Origin: Squalus acanthias
Taxonomy: Eukaryota
Reading direction: 5' to 3'
Length of the DNA stretch: 64,000 bases
NCBI GenBank assembly: GCA_030390025.1
Contig: CM059432.1
Coordinates: 28,088,001-28,152,000, forward strand
The translations under genes were made by a program, and so were the position numbers. Position 1 is the first letter of the stretch. Each line of letters starts with the position of its first letter. Shown piece by piece: positions 37,009 to 50,878 of the stretch. The notes under the pieces were generated by a model. That model made no database searches. It saw only the letters and a list, made by a program, of their open reading frames with translations, and was not told where the DNA came from.

Positions 37009-38509
37009 TGGTGCAAGTCCAGTGGGTGGGACATTGGGTGGGAGGCCGTTCCGCTGGCTCCCTTCCAGCCGCCACCACTTCCTGGAATTTTCCACTGGAC
37101 ATGGCATCGGCCGTTCAACGTATCCCCAGATGTGGACAGGCATAGCGAAATGATAAGAATACGTTATATGGCATATTTCCCATCATTTGCGACAAAGCAA
37201 CACTTGATGGGAGGAGCATTGTGCATCATTAAATTTCCTTTGGGTGCCCTAGAGGCCGCCTGCTAGGCCATGCTGCCGAGACATGTAGCAGTGAGTTCCA
37301 TCCCTCTCCCATGGCAGACTCTCCAACACACACAGGAATCCTGTCAGGAGTCCACCAAAATGACCAAACCAGGCCCGTAGCCTCTAATTATCCTGAGAAG
37401 TCACACTTTAAAAAAAACAGTAAAATTAAAAATGGAACATGGAGGGTGGAATCATTCCCCAAGCCAGGAGTCAATATCTGCAGGAGATGAGAGGAGGAGA
37501 GTGTAGCATGTTTGGGAGAAAAAAGGTGACTTTTGACCAATGGTTACCAAAGCTCTCCACCACTGGAGCTTTGTTCGTGTCATGTCTGGATCTACTGTAG
37601 ACTAATTGATAGAGAATGATTGCTATGATTAGCCAACAGCTCCATTTTCATGGTATCATACGACTACAAGGATGGTAGAAGGCAAACTAAATGAATTTGG
37701 TATTTTTTCGTCTAGTATTTCCTATGTTCCAATGAGAGGGAAGAAAACTAGCTGGGAACAATAATAATATGTTATATTATCACTCAGAGAAGCAATAACA
37801 TGGTTAGTGTGGGGAATGTAGTTCATTCGGTGCAGTATAGATGCTCTTCTGAGCCTGGGGTTAAGGCACGTTGTTGAGAAAGATAACAGGGAGCTTTATG
37901 CTGCACCTAACCAGTGCTTGATAGATGTAGAGGATGTTTTACTTCGTATCTAACCAGTGCTTGATGCAAACACCATGACAAAAAGTGGGAAAGTGTACCA
38001 TTCTCCAGCATTAACCTCCCTCAGTAAATAAATGTAGAAGATTTGAAGCATTGCTTGTGAATATAGCTGACTTGAATCTGATCACTTCCTTGGCACAAAG
38101 TATCTCCAGCTGTTTCCAGTACCGAAACAGCAACATGATCAGCAGTGTAGACTGACCGGGCAATGTGCTCCTTGCTGTGGCAGAGTGTGGGCGGAACTCT
38201 GTTTCATTTGTGTCATCACTTGGTGCAACAACGTTCAATTATCAAATTATTGAATGACCAAAGAAACACTTTTATTCTGTTTCCTTCAATTAGTGATAGA
38301 AACATAGAAAGAAACTTGGATGGATAAGCTTTTCGTTCAGCAACTTTGGAGAAAAGCAAGTCTTCCTTTCCGGTACTGGAGTTTCAGCTAAGGAGCATCC
38401 AGCAGAAGGAGCTCCCGAACCAGCATCATAGAATGTTACAGCACAGAAACAGCCTATTCAGCCCCTCAAATCTAAAACAGCGCTTTTGTCCACTAGGTGT
38501 AGAATCTAA

Positions 38510-39226
38510 GGGGGCGAAATTCAGTTGCTTTGTGCCTCCCGTTAGCGCCACCGGGGGGGGGGGGGCGCTAATGGGGCGAAAAGCGCCTAGTGCCTGGGCG
38601 CGGTGGCGCTAACGCCTCCCGTGAAATTCAGCGGGAGGTTAGCGGCGGTGGTAGCCGGTAGCGCCCCGTGGCGCTGTGCTGCCGGGGATGATGTCATCAC
38701 CGTGCACAGCGCCCCGCTCGCGCCCCGGCCGCAAACTTCGGTTGCGCCCCCTGACCTATCGCCAGACGCTATGTCCGACAGGATCAGGGTGGCGCTTTTG
38801 CAGCTACGGTGGTGCCATTTTTGTTTTGGCCGACTGCTAGCACCTGCCCCTTCCTCTTTTCTCTTCGGGGTGCCGGCCGCGATCACTCCTTGAGTGCCGG
38901 GCTGTTTTCCTGGCACCCCACTCCCCGATGGTCCAGCAGGGCTCCGGTGCGCGCTGTGCTAGTCCCCTCCCCTTTAATCAGGGGAGGGAGGCCTGCAATG
39001 ACGAGACGTTACGTGCCGATGCCCGTGGTGCTGTTGCATGTAGCACCACGAAATTGACTGGTAGCACCCCAAGAGGGAGGGGGAACGCTTCCAGTAGCGC
39101 CCCACCTCCTGCTTGGGGCGCTACCACTGACTTTATGGCGCAGGGGCACTAACTTTTTCGGGGCGCTACTTTTAGCGCCCCTGCGAAGTTAGCGCCCCAA
39201 AGGGGCCGCCACCGAATTTCTTCCCC
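38510..39226. mobile_element. GC-rich MITE (PIF/Harbinger-like)
   Basis: TIR gggggcgaaattcagttg / caccgaatttcttcccc, flanks ctaa / ttag, repeated gcgcccc and ggggcgcta subterminal motifs. Confidence 0.78.
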
Positions 39227-39499
39227 TTAGGCTTTAGCTCGGACACAGTTGGAGTATTGTACATTTTGGAAATGCATTCCTGTCTTCTTCCTTTTTAACA
39301 GCTATCTAATTTTCTTTCAAAATTTCATATGGATTCTGCTTCAATAATAGTTTGTGGCACAGAATTCCATGTTCTAGCCATACTTTGTGCAAAGAATTTT
39401 TTTCTAACTTCTGTAATTCTTTTTCTGATTATCTTAATAATGTGGCCTTCCATGGCTATCTCATTGACGAATAGAAATAATCAGTCACTATCACAAATA

Positions 39500-39925
39500 A
39501 AAGAAAGAACTTGCATTTATGTCACACTTTTCATGATCTCAGGACATCCCAAAGCACTTTACAGCCAATTAAGTACTTCTGAAGTGTACTTACTGTTGCA
39601 ATGTGGAAGCCAATTTGCGCACAGCAAGGTCCCACAAACAGCAATGTGATAATGACCAGATCATGTTTTTATAGTGATGTTGGTTAAGGAATAAATGTTG
39701 GCCATGTCACTGGGGAGAAATCCTCTGCTCTTCTTCGAAATAGTGCCTTGGGATCTTTTACATCCACCTTAGAGGGCAGACGGGGCCTCAGTTTAACGTC
39801 TCATCTGAAAGACGGCACCTCCGACAGTGTAGCACTCTCTCAATACTGCACTGGAGTGTCAGCTCAAGTCTCTGAAGTGGAGTTTGAACCCACAACCTTC
39901 TGACTCAGAGCCACGGCTGACACCT
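39500..39925 (-). mobile_element. SacSINE1-like Deu SINE inside a very old CR1 (about 39240-41500, -)
   Basis: Family match; the flanks carry decayed CR1 motifs (DIKAIEKVQ..FTGMVPGM). Confidence 0.75.
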
Positions 39926-41769
39926 CAAGATCTCTTTCAACCTTCTCAGCTCCAATGGAAATAAGGCGCAAACTTTCAAGTTTCTCTTGATGACTGCAAC
40001 CCTTCATCCCTGGTACCATCCCAGTGAATCCACACTGCACCTTTTCTATTGCTTTTATATCATTCCTAATAAAAGGGTTATCAAGACAGTACACAATGCT
40101 CCAATTGCAGCTTAACTAAGGTCTTGTATTAATCCAGCTTTGACACCCTGGTTTTGCATTCTATGGTTATGGAAATTCCTGTTCCCACTCCTGGGTTCCA
40201 CTTGCAGGACTGGACTCTTGCCTTTGTAAGGTGGAGTGGAGTCTTCCAGAGGTCCAAAATGGGAGCTATTCCAATTAGAGAAGGAAATCAATCTCTCCTG
40301 GGATTGGTTACCTTACTCTAGTGGTGGTTTTGGAGCTTTAGAAGGCCAGATCTCAAATGGTGTGCGTTCCACTGAGGCCTTTCAAAGGTGTAAAGGGAGG
40401 AATTTTCCAGGGAATCCCAGAAACTCACCCACCCAAAATGCCCCCTAGAGGTAGGGGGTGCAGGCTGAAGATCCATCCATGGCCCCCAACCGGAATTTAA
40501 ATGTCCTGTCCAAATGCGGTAGAATCTCAGCAGAGCCAGGATCTGATCCATATCCCAGACCCCCTCTAGATGTAACTGACTCTAACTGTCTTTAGCCCTA
40601 GGAATCTGAGAGCCTATGCCTCTAAATATAAAACCAAGGATTCTGTTTGTATTTTTTTGACATTTTCTATGAGCACTAACAACTGTATGTTCCTCCACTC
40701 CATTTAAAATCTTACCATTTAAGGTGTATTTCCTTTGCTTTACTTTATATTTCTCTACATTGAACTGCAGCTTCTATCTATCTGCCCATCCATCTACCCC
40801 ATCTTCATCCTCCTACGGTCTTTCACCGTCCTGGTCACAATTCACCATACCCCTCAATTTATTGTCATCAACAAATTTTGACTTTGCTTCATCAATTCAT
40901 AAATCTTGATCATTTATATACATTGCAAATACAAGAGCAGCCACAACATTGACCCCTGTGGATCATACCACCTTTCCGATCTGAGAAATGTTCTTTTACT
41001 GTTACCCTTTGTTTTCTGCCCTTTAAAGCCCTTTATCGCCAGCCCTTTCTATCTCCAGCCCTTCAACCTACACCCCTAAACTCTATTCTTCTGACTCTGA
41101 CGTTTTGCGCATCCCCAGTTCCTTTACCTCCACCATTGGTAGCTGTGCCTTCAGCTGTCTAAGTCCCATTCTATGCAATTCCCTGCCTATCCTCTGTATT
41201 TCCACTGTCTCTTCTCCTTTAAGGCCCTCCTTAAAATTCACCTCTTCCCTCCTTCTTTGTTTCGACATCCATTTTGTCTGATTACACCACTGTGAAGCTG
41301 TTTGGATGTTTTTCTAAATTAAAAGGGCTGTATAAATGCTAGTTGTTGTTGTTAGCTATTCTCTTTAATTCCATGTGCATTATTTTTGCCATAAGTATGT
41401 TATGTGACACCTTATCACATCCAGTGCATTTATTTTATCTATCATCTGTTACTTCTTCAAAGAATTCTATAAGATTGGTCGAGAATGACCTGCCCTTCTA
41501 GAAATCCACAACACTCTGAAGCAGAGCAGGGGAGTTCTCCCCGGTATCCTGGCCAATATTTATCCCTCAACCAACACCACTAAAATAGATTATCTGGTCA
41601 TATATCTCATTGTCTCATTGCTGTTTGTAAGCTGTGATGTGCACAAAATGGCTGCCATGTTACCTACATTACAACAGTGACTACACTTCAAAAGTATATA
41701 ATTGGCTGTAAAGCGATTTGAGACGTCCTGAGGTTGTGAAAGATGCTATATAAATGCAAGTTCTTACTT

Positions 41770-44700
41770 TAGTTTATGGGGTTAGTGTTTTTAGTGATTT
41801 GTGTTTTTTTTCATGGTTAGAGTTTTAGTGTTAGCTAAACAGTTAAATAGCCTTAAAGCTAAACAAACAGTTTGGAATAACTGTTAGTTAACATGACAGG
41901 GCAGCTGAGTCATATGAGAACTCAAGAACATTTTGTTTGTCCTGGATAACCACGTGGCAGGAAGTGCCACCAACTGCTTGAGCTTAAACTCAGAGTTTCT
42001 GAACTTGAGTGACGGCTGATGCCACTACAGTACATACGGGAAGTTGAGAGTTTCGTGGATAGTCTCAGTATGTGGACACCCCACAGCGACAGGGAGTTCA
42101 GGAGGAAAGGGAATGGGTGACCACCAGGCAGACTAGGAGGAACAGGAGGCAGTGCAGGATTCCCCAGGGAGTGTGGCATTGTATTCAGTGTTGAATCCAT
42201 TGAGGGTGGTAACACCTCGGGGAGTGCAGCCAGAAGTAAATCCACAGACTCGGCTACACAAGGTGGGCACAAGATTCGATAGTCAGGGGGATAGACAGGC
42301 ATTTGTGCAATGGCAGACGTGAGACCCGAATGGTGTGTTGCCTCCCAGGTGCCAGGGTAAAGGATATCACTGAACAGGTGCAGGACATTCTGCGAAGGGA
42401 AGGGGAACAGCCAGAAGTTGTGGTTCATGTTGGAACCAATGACATAGGTAGGAAAAGGGAGAGTTTCAGGAGCTAGGAAAAAGATTAAGAACAGGACCTC
42501 AAAGGTGGAAATCTCTGGATTACTCCCTGTGCCATGTGTGAGTGAACACAGAAGCAGGTAGATGGTGCAGGTGAATGTGTGGCTGGAGAAGTGGTGCAGG
42601 AATGAGGGCTTCAGATTCCTGGGGCATTGGGATCAGTTCTGGGGAAGGAGGGACCTGCACAAGTCGGACTGGTTGCACCTGAACAGGGCTGGGACCAACG
42701 TCCTCACCGGGAGGTTAACTGGAGCTGTTGGGGAAGGTATAAACTAATTTGATAGGGGAAGGGGAACCAGGACATAATATCAGAGAGGAGAGACCAGGTG
42801 CAGTGAAAATTAGGAGGGGAAAACAGCAACTGAGTAAAGAATAGTTTAGAAAGAACAAAAATTAGATAGAGGAAAAAAGAAAAGCCAACTAGCATGGTGT
42901 TGGAATGCATGTGTGTTAATGTGAGGAGTGTTACAAATGAGGTTGATAAGCTGCAGGCACAAATTGCCACATGGGGTTATGATATAATGGTTATAACAGA
43001 GAGCTGGCTTAAAGATAAGCGGGAATGAGAACTAAACATTTTTTTGTCTTAAAATACTCCTGTGCAGCACCTTGGGACATTTTACTATGTTAAAGGCGCT
43101 ATATAAATACAAGTTGTTGTTGTTGTGGGCTACAATGTATTCAGGAGGGATAGCAAAAGAAAAAAGAAAAAGTGGGCGGGGGGGGGGGGGGGGGGTGGGG
43201 TGGTGGTGGCAGTATTGATGAAGGGTAATATTATAGTTCTACAGAGGGACGATATACTAGAGGGTTCAAAGACTGAATCTATTTGGTTAGCGTTAAGGAA
43301 CAGAAAAGGAGCTGTTACATTGCTGGGTGTTTACTATAGACCCCCAAATAGCAAGAAGGAGATAGAGGAGCAAATCTGTCAGCAAATTTCAGAGAAATGT
43401 AAACATAATAGAGCAGTAGGGGACTTCAATTATGCTAACATAGACTGGGGAAAAAGCAGTGTAAAAGACAAGGAGGGTGAAGAATTCCTAAAATGTGTAC
43501 AAGAGAACTTTCTTACTCAGTATGTTTCTAGCCCAATGAGGAATAAAGCAGTGCTGGATCTAGGGGAATGAAATAGGGCACGTGGAGTGTGTTTCAGTGG
43601 GAGAACACCTAGGTAATAGTGAGCATAATATAATTAGGTTTAAAGTAGTTATGGAAAGGGACAAAGAAAAATCAAAGGTGAAAATACCCAACTGGAAGAG
43701 AGCCAATTTCATTGATTTGCGAAGGGATCTAGCACAGGTGAACTGGAAAAAAAGATTGGCCAGGAAAACAGTAAATGAGCAAAGGTAGACCTTCAAGGAG
43801 GAGATGGTTTGGATACAAACCAAGCATATTCCCACAAGGAGAAAAGATAGGGCATCCAAAGCTAGAGCTCCCTGGATGATAAAGGAAATAGAGGTTAAAA
43901 TAAAACATAAAAAGGAGACAAATGTCAGGTACAGAATACAGTAGAAAACCAGGCAGAATACAGAGTGGAAATTGAAGAAGTATTCAAGAAGGGTAAAGAG
44001 AGACTATGAGAAAAGAATAGTGGGTAACATAAAAGGAAACTCAAAATCTTTTATAAACATATTGAAAGTAAAAGGATAGTTAAAGAAATGGAGGAGCCAA
44101 TTAGGGACAAAGAAGGAAATCTTCTTGTGGAGTCAGAGGGCATGACTGAGGTACTGAATAAGTATTTTGCATCTGTCTTCACAAAAGAAGAGGATGAAGT
44201 TAATGTTAGAGTAGAGGAGGGGGCAGTAGAGATATTGGATAGGATAAAGATAGGTAGAAAGGAGGTGCTAAATAGGTTGGCATCACTCAAAGTTAACAAG
44301 TCACCCGGTCCAGATGGGATGCATCTTAGGTTGCTGAGGGAAGCAAGGTGGAGATAGCAGATGCTCTGACCACTATCTTTCAATCCTCCTTGGATATGGG
44401 GGTGGTGCCAGGGGACTGGAGGATTGCAAATGTTGCACCCCTGTTCAAAAAAGGGAAGAGGGATAAACCTGATAACTACAGGTCAGTCAGTCTAACATCA
44501 GTGGTGGGAAAACTACTAGAGACCATTGTCAAGGACAAAATGAATTCTCACTCGGAGAAGCATGGGTTGATAAGGGACAGCCAGCATAGATTTATTAAAG
44601 GAAAAGTGTGTCTGACTAACCTGATTGAGTTCTTTGATGAAGTAACAGGGAGGATTGATGAAGGTAGTGAAGGAATGGGATATATGGACTTTCAAAAGGC

Positions 44701-45825
44701 ATTTGATAAAGTACCACATAACAGACTTATTCGGAAAATAGAAGCACATGGTATTAAAGGGACGGTGGTAACTTGGGTATGTAATTGGCTAACGGATAGG
44801 AGACAGAGATTAGAGGTGAACAGATGTTTTTCTGACTGGAGTGAAGTGTGCAGTGGTCGGTATTAGGACCATTGCTTTCCTTGTTATATATAAATTACCT
44901 GGACTTCGGAATAGGGAGTACAATTTGGGAGTTTGTGGATGATACAAAATTTGGCAATGTATTAAATAGTAAGCAGGATAATAGCAGACTTCAGGAAGAC
45001 ATAGACAGACTGGTGAGAGAACACCTAGGTAATAGTGAGCATAATATAATGGCAGATGCAATTTAATGTGAATGTGTGAAGTGATGTACTTTGGGAGGAA
45101 CAACATGGAGAGGCAGTACAATCTAAATGGTACTATTTTGGGGGGGTGCAAGAGCAGAGGGACTTGGTGGTAAATATTCAAAAATCTTTGAAGGTGGCAG
45201 GGCAAGTTAATGAGGTGGTTAAGAAAGCTTATAGGATACTTGATTTTGTAAATAGGGGCATTGAATACAAAAACAAAGAAGTTATGCTAAACCTTTACAA
45301 ATCACTGGTTAGGCCTCAGCTGGAGTATTGTGTACAATTCTGGGCAGCACACTTTAGGAAGGATGTCAGGATCTTGGAGAAATTACAGAGGAGGTTTACT
45401 AGGATGATACGAGGGATGAGGGAGTTCAGTTACGTGGCGAGATTGGAGAAGCTGGGATTGTTCTCTTAGAGCAGAGAAGATTACGGGGAGACCCAATAGA
45501 GGTATTCAAAATTATGAGGGATTTTGATAGAGCGAGTAGGGAGAAACTGTTTCCACTGGAAAATGGGTTGGTAACCAGAGGTCATTGATTTAAAGTAATT
45601 GGCAAAAAAAGTAGAGGGGAAATGAGGAGAATTTTTTTCACACAGAGGGTTGTTAAGATCTGGAGTGCACTACTTGAAAGAGTGGTGGAAGTAGATTCCA
45701 CAGGAATTTTCAATAGGCAGTTGGACTAATTTGCAGGATTATTGGGAAAAAGCTGGGGTGTGGGACTAACTTGGACAACTTTCAAAGAGCCAGCACAGGC
45801 ACGATGTGCTGAAAGATTCTATGAT
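41770..45825 (+). mobile_element. Near full-length decayed CR1 LINE (ORF1 esterase-like + ORF2 APE-RT)
   Basis: ORF1 remnants VCCLPGARVKDI, VVVHVGTNDIG, DWLHLNRAG. ORF2 [44 protein letters not shown]. Many stops and frameshifts. Confidence 0.9.
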
Positions 45826-46402
45826 CCTACTCATTAGGAAATTTGATGGTGACGTTCCCTATTTCCTCTCTATGGAGAGGAAGTTGCTGCTGTCTGCTCA
45901 TTGCTCTTCAGCACGTAATTTGCACCCTCACATATGTTTTACAATTGAACCCAAAATGGAACAAGTTCAACTGAATTGTCAGATTCAGAAGCCTAAAAGA
46001 GTATGTCAGTAACAGTAGCTATTTTAGTGAGCAGATTGTTTTTAATAGTACTGTACCCTTTGTTCCTCTACTCTTCTGTCAATCAAGAGTGTTTGTGGCT
46101 CTAGTCTTCCTCTTGCAAGATCCCCACCTTCCAAACACATTCAACTTCTCCTTTATGTAGAGGAAGCCCTTTACACAACAGAGCTGATTGTGCAACACAC
46201 AGCGGAAGAAACTTGATGAGCACAACTCAAAGTCAATTAGACTGCAGAATCTAAAAGCTGAGAGCTCTCTCCCAGCTGGTTAATACGTGATTCCCACACA
46301 TCTCAGTGTCAGTAGCTCCTGATATATGTAAAGCGCATGCTGGGTTAAAGGAAGGTAACATTTTGTTTTTATATTTAGCATTATATAGCTTATTGATGTA
46401 AG

Positions 46403-47430
46403 GGGTACAGTAGTATAGTGGTTATTTTACTGAATTAGTAATCCAAAGGCCTGCACTAATAATACAGAAGAACGGGAGTTCAAATCCCACCATAGTCATA
46501 GTCATAGTCATAATGGCACAGAAGGAGGCCATTTGGCACATTGAGTCCGTGCCAGCTCTCTGTGGAGTGATCCAGTCAGTCCCATTCCCCCGCTCTATCC
46601 CCATAGCCCAGCAAGTTTATTTCCCTCAAGTGCCTATCCAGTCTCCCCTTGAAAACATTGAGTGTGTCCGCTTCCACCACTTCCATCGGCAGCGAGTTCC
46701 AGGTCCTCACCACTCGCTGCATAAAAAAGTTTTTCCTCACATCCCCCCTGTATCTCTTGCCCAAAACCTTAAATCTGTGTCCCCTAGTCCTTGTACCATC
46801 AACTAATGGGAACAGCCTTTCCCCGTCTAGCCTATCCAAACCCATCATAATCTTGTACACCTCTATCAAATCACCCCTCAACCTCCTTTGCTCTAATGAA
46901 AACAAATCCAGCTTCTCCAACCTGTCCTTGTAGCTAAGATCCCCCATCCCCAGAACCATTCTGGTAAATCTCCTCTGCACCCTCTCAAGGGCCTTCACAT
47001 CCTTCCTAAAATGTGGTGACCAGAACTGGACGCAATACAGTTGTGGTCTAACCAGCGCTTTATAAAGGTTCAGCATAACTTCTCTACTTTTGTATTTATG
47101 AAGCCCATGGCAGTTTGAGAATTTAAATGCAGTTTTTTAAAGATCTGAAAAATTAAAAACTGGTAAAAGTGACCATGAAGCTGTCAGATTGTCGTGAAAA
47201 CCCAATTGGTTCATTAATGTCCTTCAGGGAAGGCCACCACCTGTCCTTACCCAACAGTCTATCCTAAATGTGACTCTAGTCCCACAGCATTGTGGTTGAC
47301 TTATAACTGTCCTTTGAAGTGGCCTAGCAAGTCACTCAGGTGTAAGAAGGTGACCCACCAGTTTCTCATGGCAAATAGGGATGGGGAATAAATATCAGTC
47401 TTGTCAATGCCCACATCCCAAGAATAATTT
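46403..47430 (+). mobile_element. MetaSINE-like tRNA SINE interrupted by CR1 (46495-47105, -)
   Basis: Head gagttcaaatcccaccat; core aaacccaattggttcattaatgtccttcagggaagg..tgtgactc..cccacagca.tgtggttgact resembles the Meta domain as recalled. Tail shared with the 51720 LINE family. Confidence 0.7.
46495..47105 (-). mobile_element. CR1 LINE 3' fragment
   Basis: ORF 46576..47076 is an RT C-terminus. Confidence 0.92.
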
Positions 47431-47477
47431 TTATAAATAACATTCCAATTTTAAGTCTTGTATATTGGTATGGTAAA

Positions 47478-48090
47478 GAACATAAGAACATAAGAAATAG
47501 GAGCAGGAGTAGGCCATTCGGCCCTTCAAGCCTGCTCCGCCATTCAATGAGATCATGGCTGATCTTCTGCTTCAACTCCATTCACCGGTCCTATCGCCAT
47601 ATCCCTTGATGCCTTTACTAGTCAGAAATCTATAGACTTCTGTTTTGAATATACCCAATGACTGAGCCTCCACAGCCCTATGGGGTAGAGAATTCCAAAG
47701 ATTCACCACCCTCTGTGTGAAGAAATTTCTTCTCATCTCAGTCCTGAATGGCCTACCTTTTATCCTGAGGCTGTGGCCTCTGGTTCTAGACTCCCCAACC
47801 AAGGGAAACATTCTCCCAGCATCCATCCTATCAAGCCCTGTAATAATTTTGTATGCTTCAATGAGATCCCCTCTCATTCTTCTGAATTCAAGAGAATACA
47901 GGCCTAGTTTACTCAATCTCTTCTCATACGACAGTCCCACCATCCCAGGAATCAATCTCGTGAACCTTCATTGCACTCCCTCTATGGCAAGTATATCCTT
48001 CCTTAGGTAAGGAGACCAAAATTGTACACAGTACTCCAGATGTGGTCTCACCAAGGCCCTATATAATTGGAGTAAGACTTCTTTACTCCA
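47478..48090 (-). mobile_element. CR1 LINE 3' fragment
   Basis: ORF 47572..47955; (aacataag)n tail. Confidence 0.92.
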
Positions 48091-50412
48091 ATAAACTAGG
48101 TAAACTGTAGCCCGTTAAAGTGAAAGACCTACATTTGAGTGAACGAGTTATGTTGGAGCCAATAATTATTTGTCGGGTATAAGTGGGGGGACGACAAAAA
48201 CCCTCGATGCAATTAAATCATAAAGGTGGTTTATAAAGCACGGCTTTATGTTTTTGTTACACTATCCCCCTCCCGCCTCAGTTCAGTTCAGTAATTATTA
48301 ACCTCCCCCCACAAATGTAGCTATCTAACCCAAAAGGTAATAGAGTTGTGAAATAAAACTGTTGAAGCAGACGGTAAAAATTGGCTCAAGAGGGACAGTT
48401 AGATGCGCTTCTGGAGAGAACATGGATTGAGCTGATAGGCGGGGTGAAATCGCACTGAGATATTAATAAGTTAAAATAGCAGAGAAAAGAATTTCATATG
48501 AGTGTGTTAAGTGTCTGTATACTAAGATTGTACAATGGTGATAGCATGACCAGGGGTGGATTATTAAATGGGCCAAATAAATTCGGGTAAAACTCAACAT
48601 AATGCAGAAAAGTTACATGCGACTGCTGGCTCAGTTTTATTTAAGCATACCATATTGTTCAATGATTTAGGTTTCATTTGAGTGTAGTATATTGTATTAT
48701 GATTTGCTTTATTATTAATGTAAACATTCTACGGGCTAATTTCTTTGTGCATTTTACTACACGTTTGTGTTTCAATGGATATGTGGTGGGGGGCCGGGAG
48801 AGGGGTGAGGGAGAAGGATGGTTTGTGTGTTGGGTACGGAGAGGCCCCTACTGTTCTTGATTGCCAGGGCCCCAAGAACACCTACACCAACTCTGGACAG
48901 GACTCATATAGCAGTGGGTTCAGATTTAACTTAGCCAAAGGGTTCCGTTATCAGCCACGCCTGCTGCTGTCTGGTAGCAGACACAGCCTTGTGAGGGAAG
49001 TACACCTTCTCATAGAATCACACAGTATATAAGGAAGCCATTCAGCCCATCGTGCCTGTGCTGCCTCTTTGAAAGAGCGATCCAATTAGTCCCGCTCCCC
49101 GGCTCTTTCCCCATAGCTCTGTAAATTTTTCCTTTTCAAGTATATATCCAATTCCCTTTTAAACTTACTATTGAATCTACTTCCACCGCCCTTTCAAGCA
49201 GTGCATTCCAGACCATAACAACTCACTGCGTAAAAATAATTCTCCTCCTCTCCCCTCTGGTCCTTTTGCCAATTACCTTCTCAAGCATTTGGAAATAATC
49301 AGGTTCAAGTAGGCCTGCCTGGGTCTGCAGACACATGGCGTGGGCACCAGCTTAGGTTTTCTTTCAAGTATGACATGATTGCTTAGAAGATAATAAAGGA
49401 TTTTTAGCAACATGAAAATCCATCCTCAATTCCTTCTCTCACCAGGAACAGATCTAATTGCCTCTTGAATTGCCTGTTTGAATGGCCTTACCTGGTAACT
49501 TGGTTTCAACTTGACTCAGTTAATTGAGTGTAGAAGACTGTGGGTCCAAAACCAACTCCAATTTGAGTACATAATCTGGCCTGATATTTCAATCCAATAT
49601 TGAGGGAGTGGTGTACCATCAGAAATGCCATCTTTCAGATGAGAAATTAAGCCCTGTCTTGCTCAGGTGATTGTAAAAGTTCCTACAATTTGATGAATGC
49701 AGGAAGTTCTCCTGGCGCCCTGGCTAACATTCCTCCCTCAAACAAAACAGCTGAAATCAGATCAGTTAGCCATTCAGTCATTTACTGTTCAGGGGGCCTT
49801 GCTGTGTGCAAATTGGTTGCCACATTTACCTGCATAACAACAGTGACAAACACTTCAAAGCAATTAATTGGTTGTAAAGTGGTTTGGGAGATCCTGAGAA
49901 TCTGATGATGCGCGACATAAAATTTATTTCTTTAACATCCCATAACAGTGTTTCCCTTTGGGAGAAAAAGTTCCTCCTGACTTCTCTCTCCTAACTTCCT
50001 CATTTTAACTGGTATTTGAACTCTTCACCACAGTGAATCATTTAGCCAGATGAACTTTGTTTTGACATCTTCAATCAGGCTGGCTCTGAAGAATCGGTTT
50101 CCAAATGCATGTTACCAGCAGTGAGCCTCGCTCGCTCGCCGTGCATATCAGGAAATCGTGGCCGTGCAGTCCACAGTTTTCCCTACGTTTAGAATTTACA
50201 CATGACCAGCAAGCCAGATTCACCATCAGTAGCACACGTGCAGAATATCGGTCCTTGAGTCTGATCTTATTTCAAAAAAGTGAAGCCCAACTTCCAAAGC
50301 TTTTCTCACAGCCTAGATTCCTGACCTCCGGACATTCCTCTTGAATGTTCCTCTCTTCTATCGGTGCACCAGTTAATTTTTTTTGGCAATTTATTCCATT
50401 GTGCCAATCAAT

Positions 50413-50429
50413 GTCAGCCTTGGCTCAGT

Positions 50430-50460
<31 letters not shown>

Positions 50461-50878
50461 GCGGAATCATATCCCACTCCAGTAACTTGAGCACAAAATT
50501 CCAAGCTGACACTCCAGTACAGTATTGAGGGAGAGCTGCACTGTCGAAGGTGGTGCCTTTCGGATGAGATGTTAAACTGAGGCCCCATCTGCCCTCTCAG
50601 GTGGACGTAAATGATCCAACGGCACTATTCGAAGAAGAGCGGTGGAGTTCTCCCTGGTGTCCTGGTCAACATTTATCCCTCAACCAACACCACTAAAACA
50701 GATTATCTGGTCATTTATCTCATAGCTTTTTGTGGGATCGTGCTGTGCGCAAATTAGGCTGGTGCATTTCCTACATTACAACAATGACTGCACTTCAAAA
50801 GTACTTTATTGGCTGAAAAGCACTTTGGGACGTCCTGTGGTCATGAAAGGTGCTATATAAATGCAAGTTCTTTCTTTA
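50413..50878 (+). mobile_element. Full-length SacSINE1-like Deu SINE (older copy at 49510-49930)
   Basis: Complete head, Deu core and tail. Confidence 0.88.
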
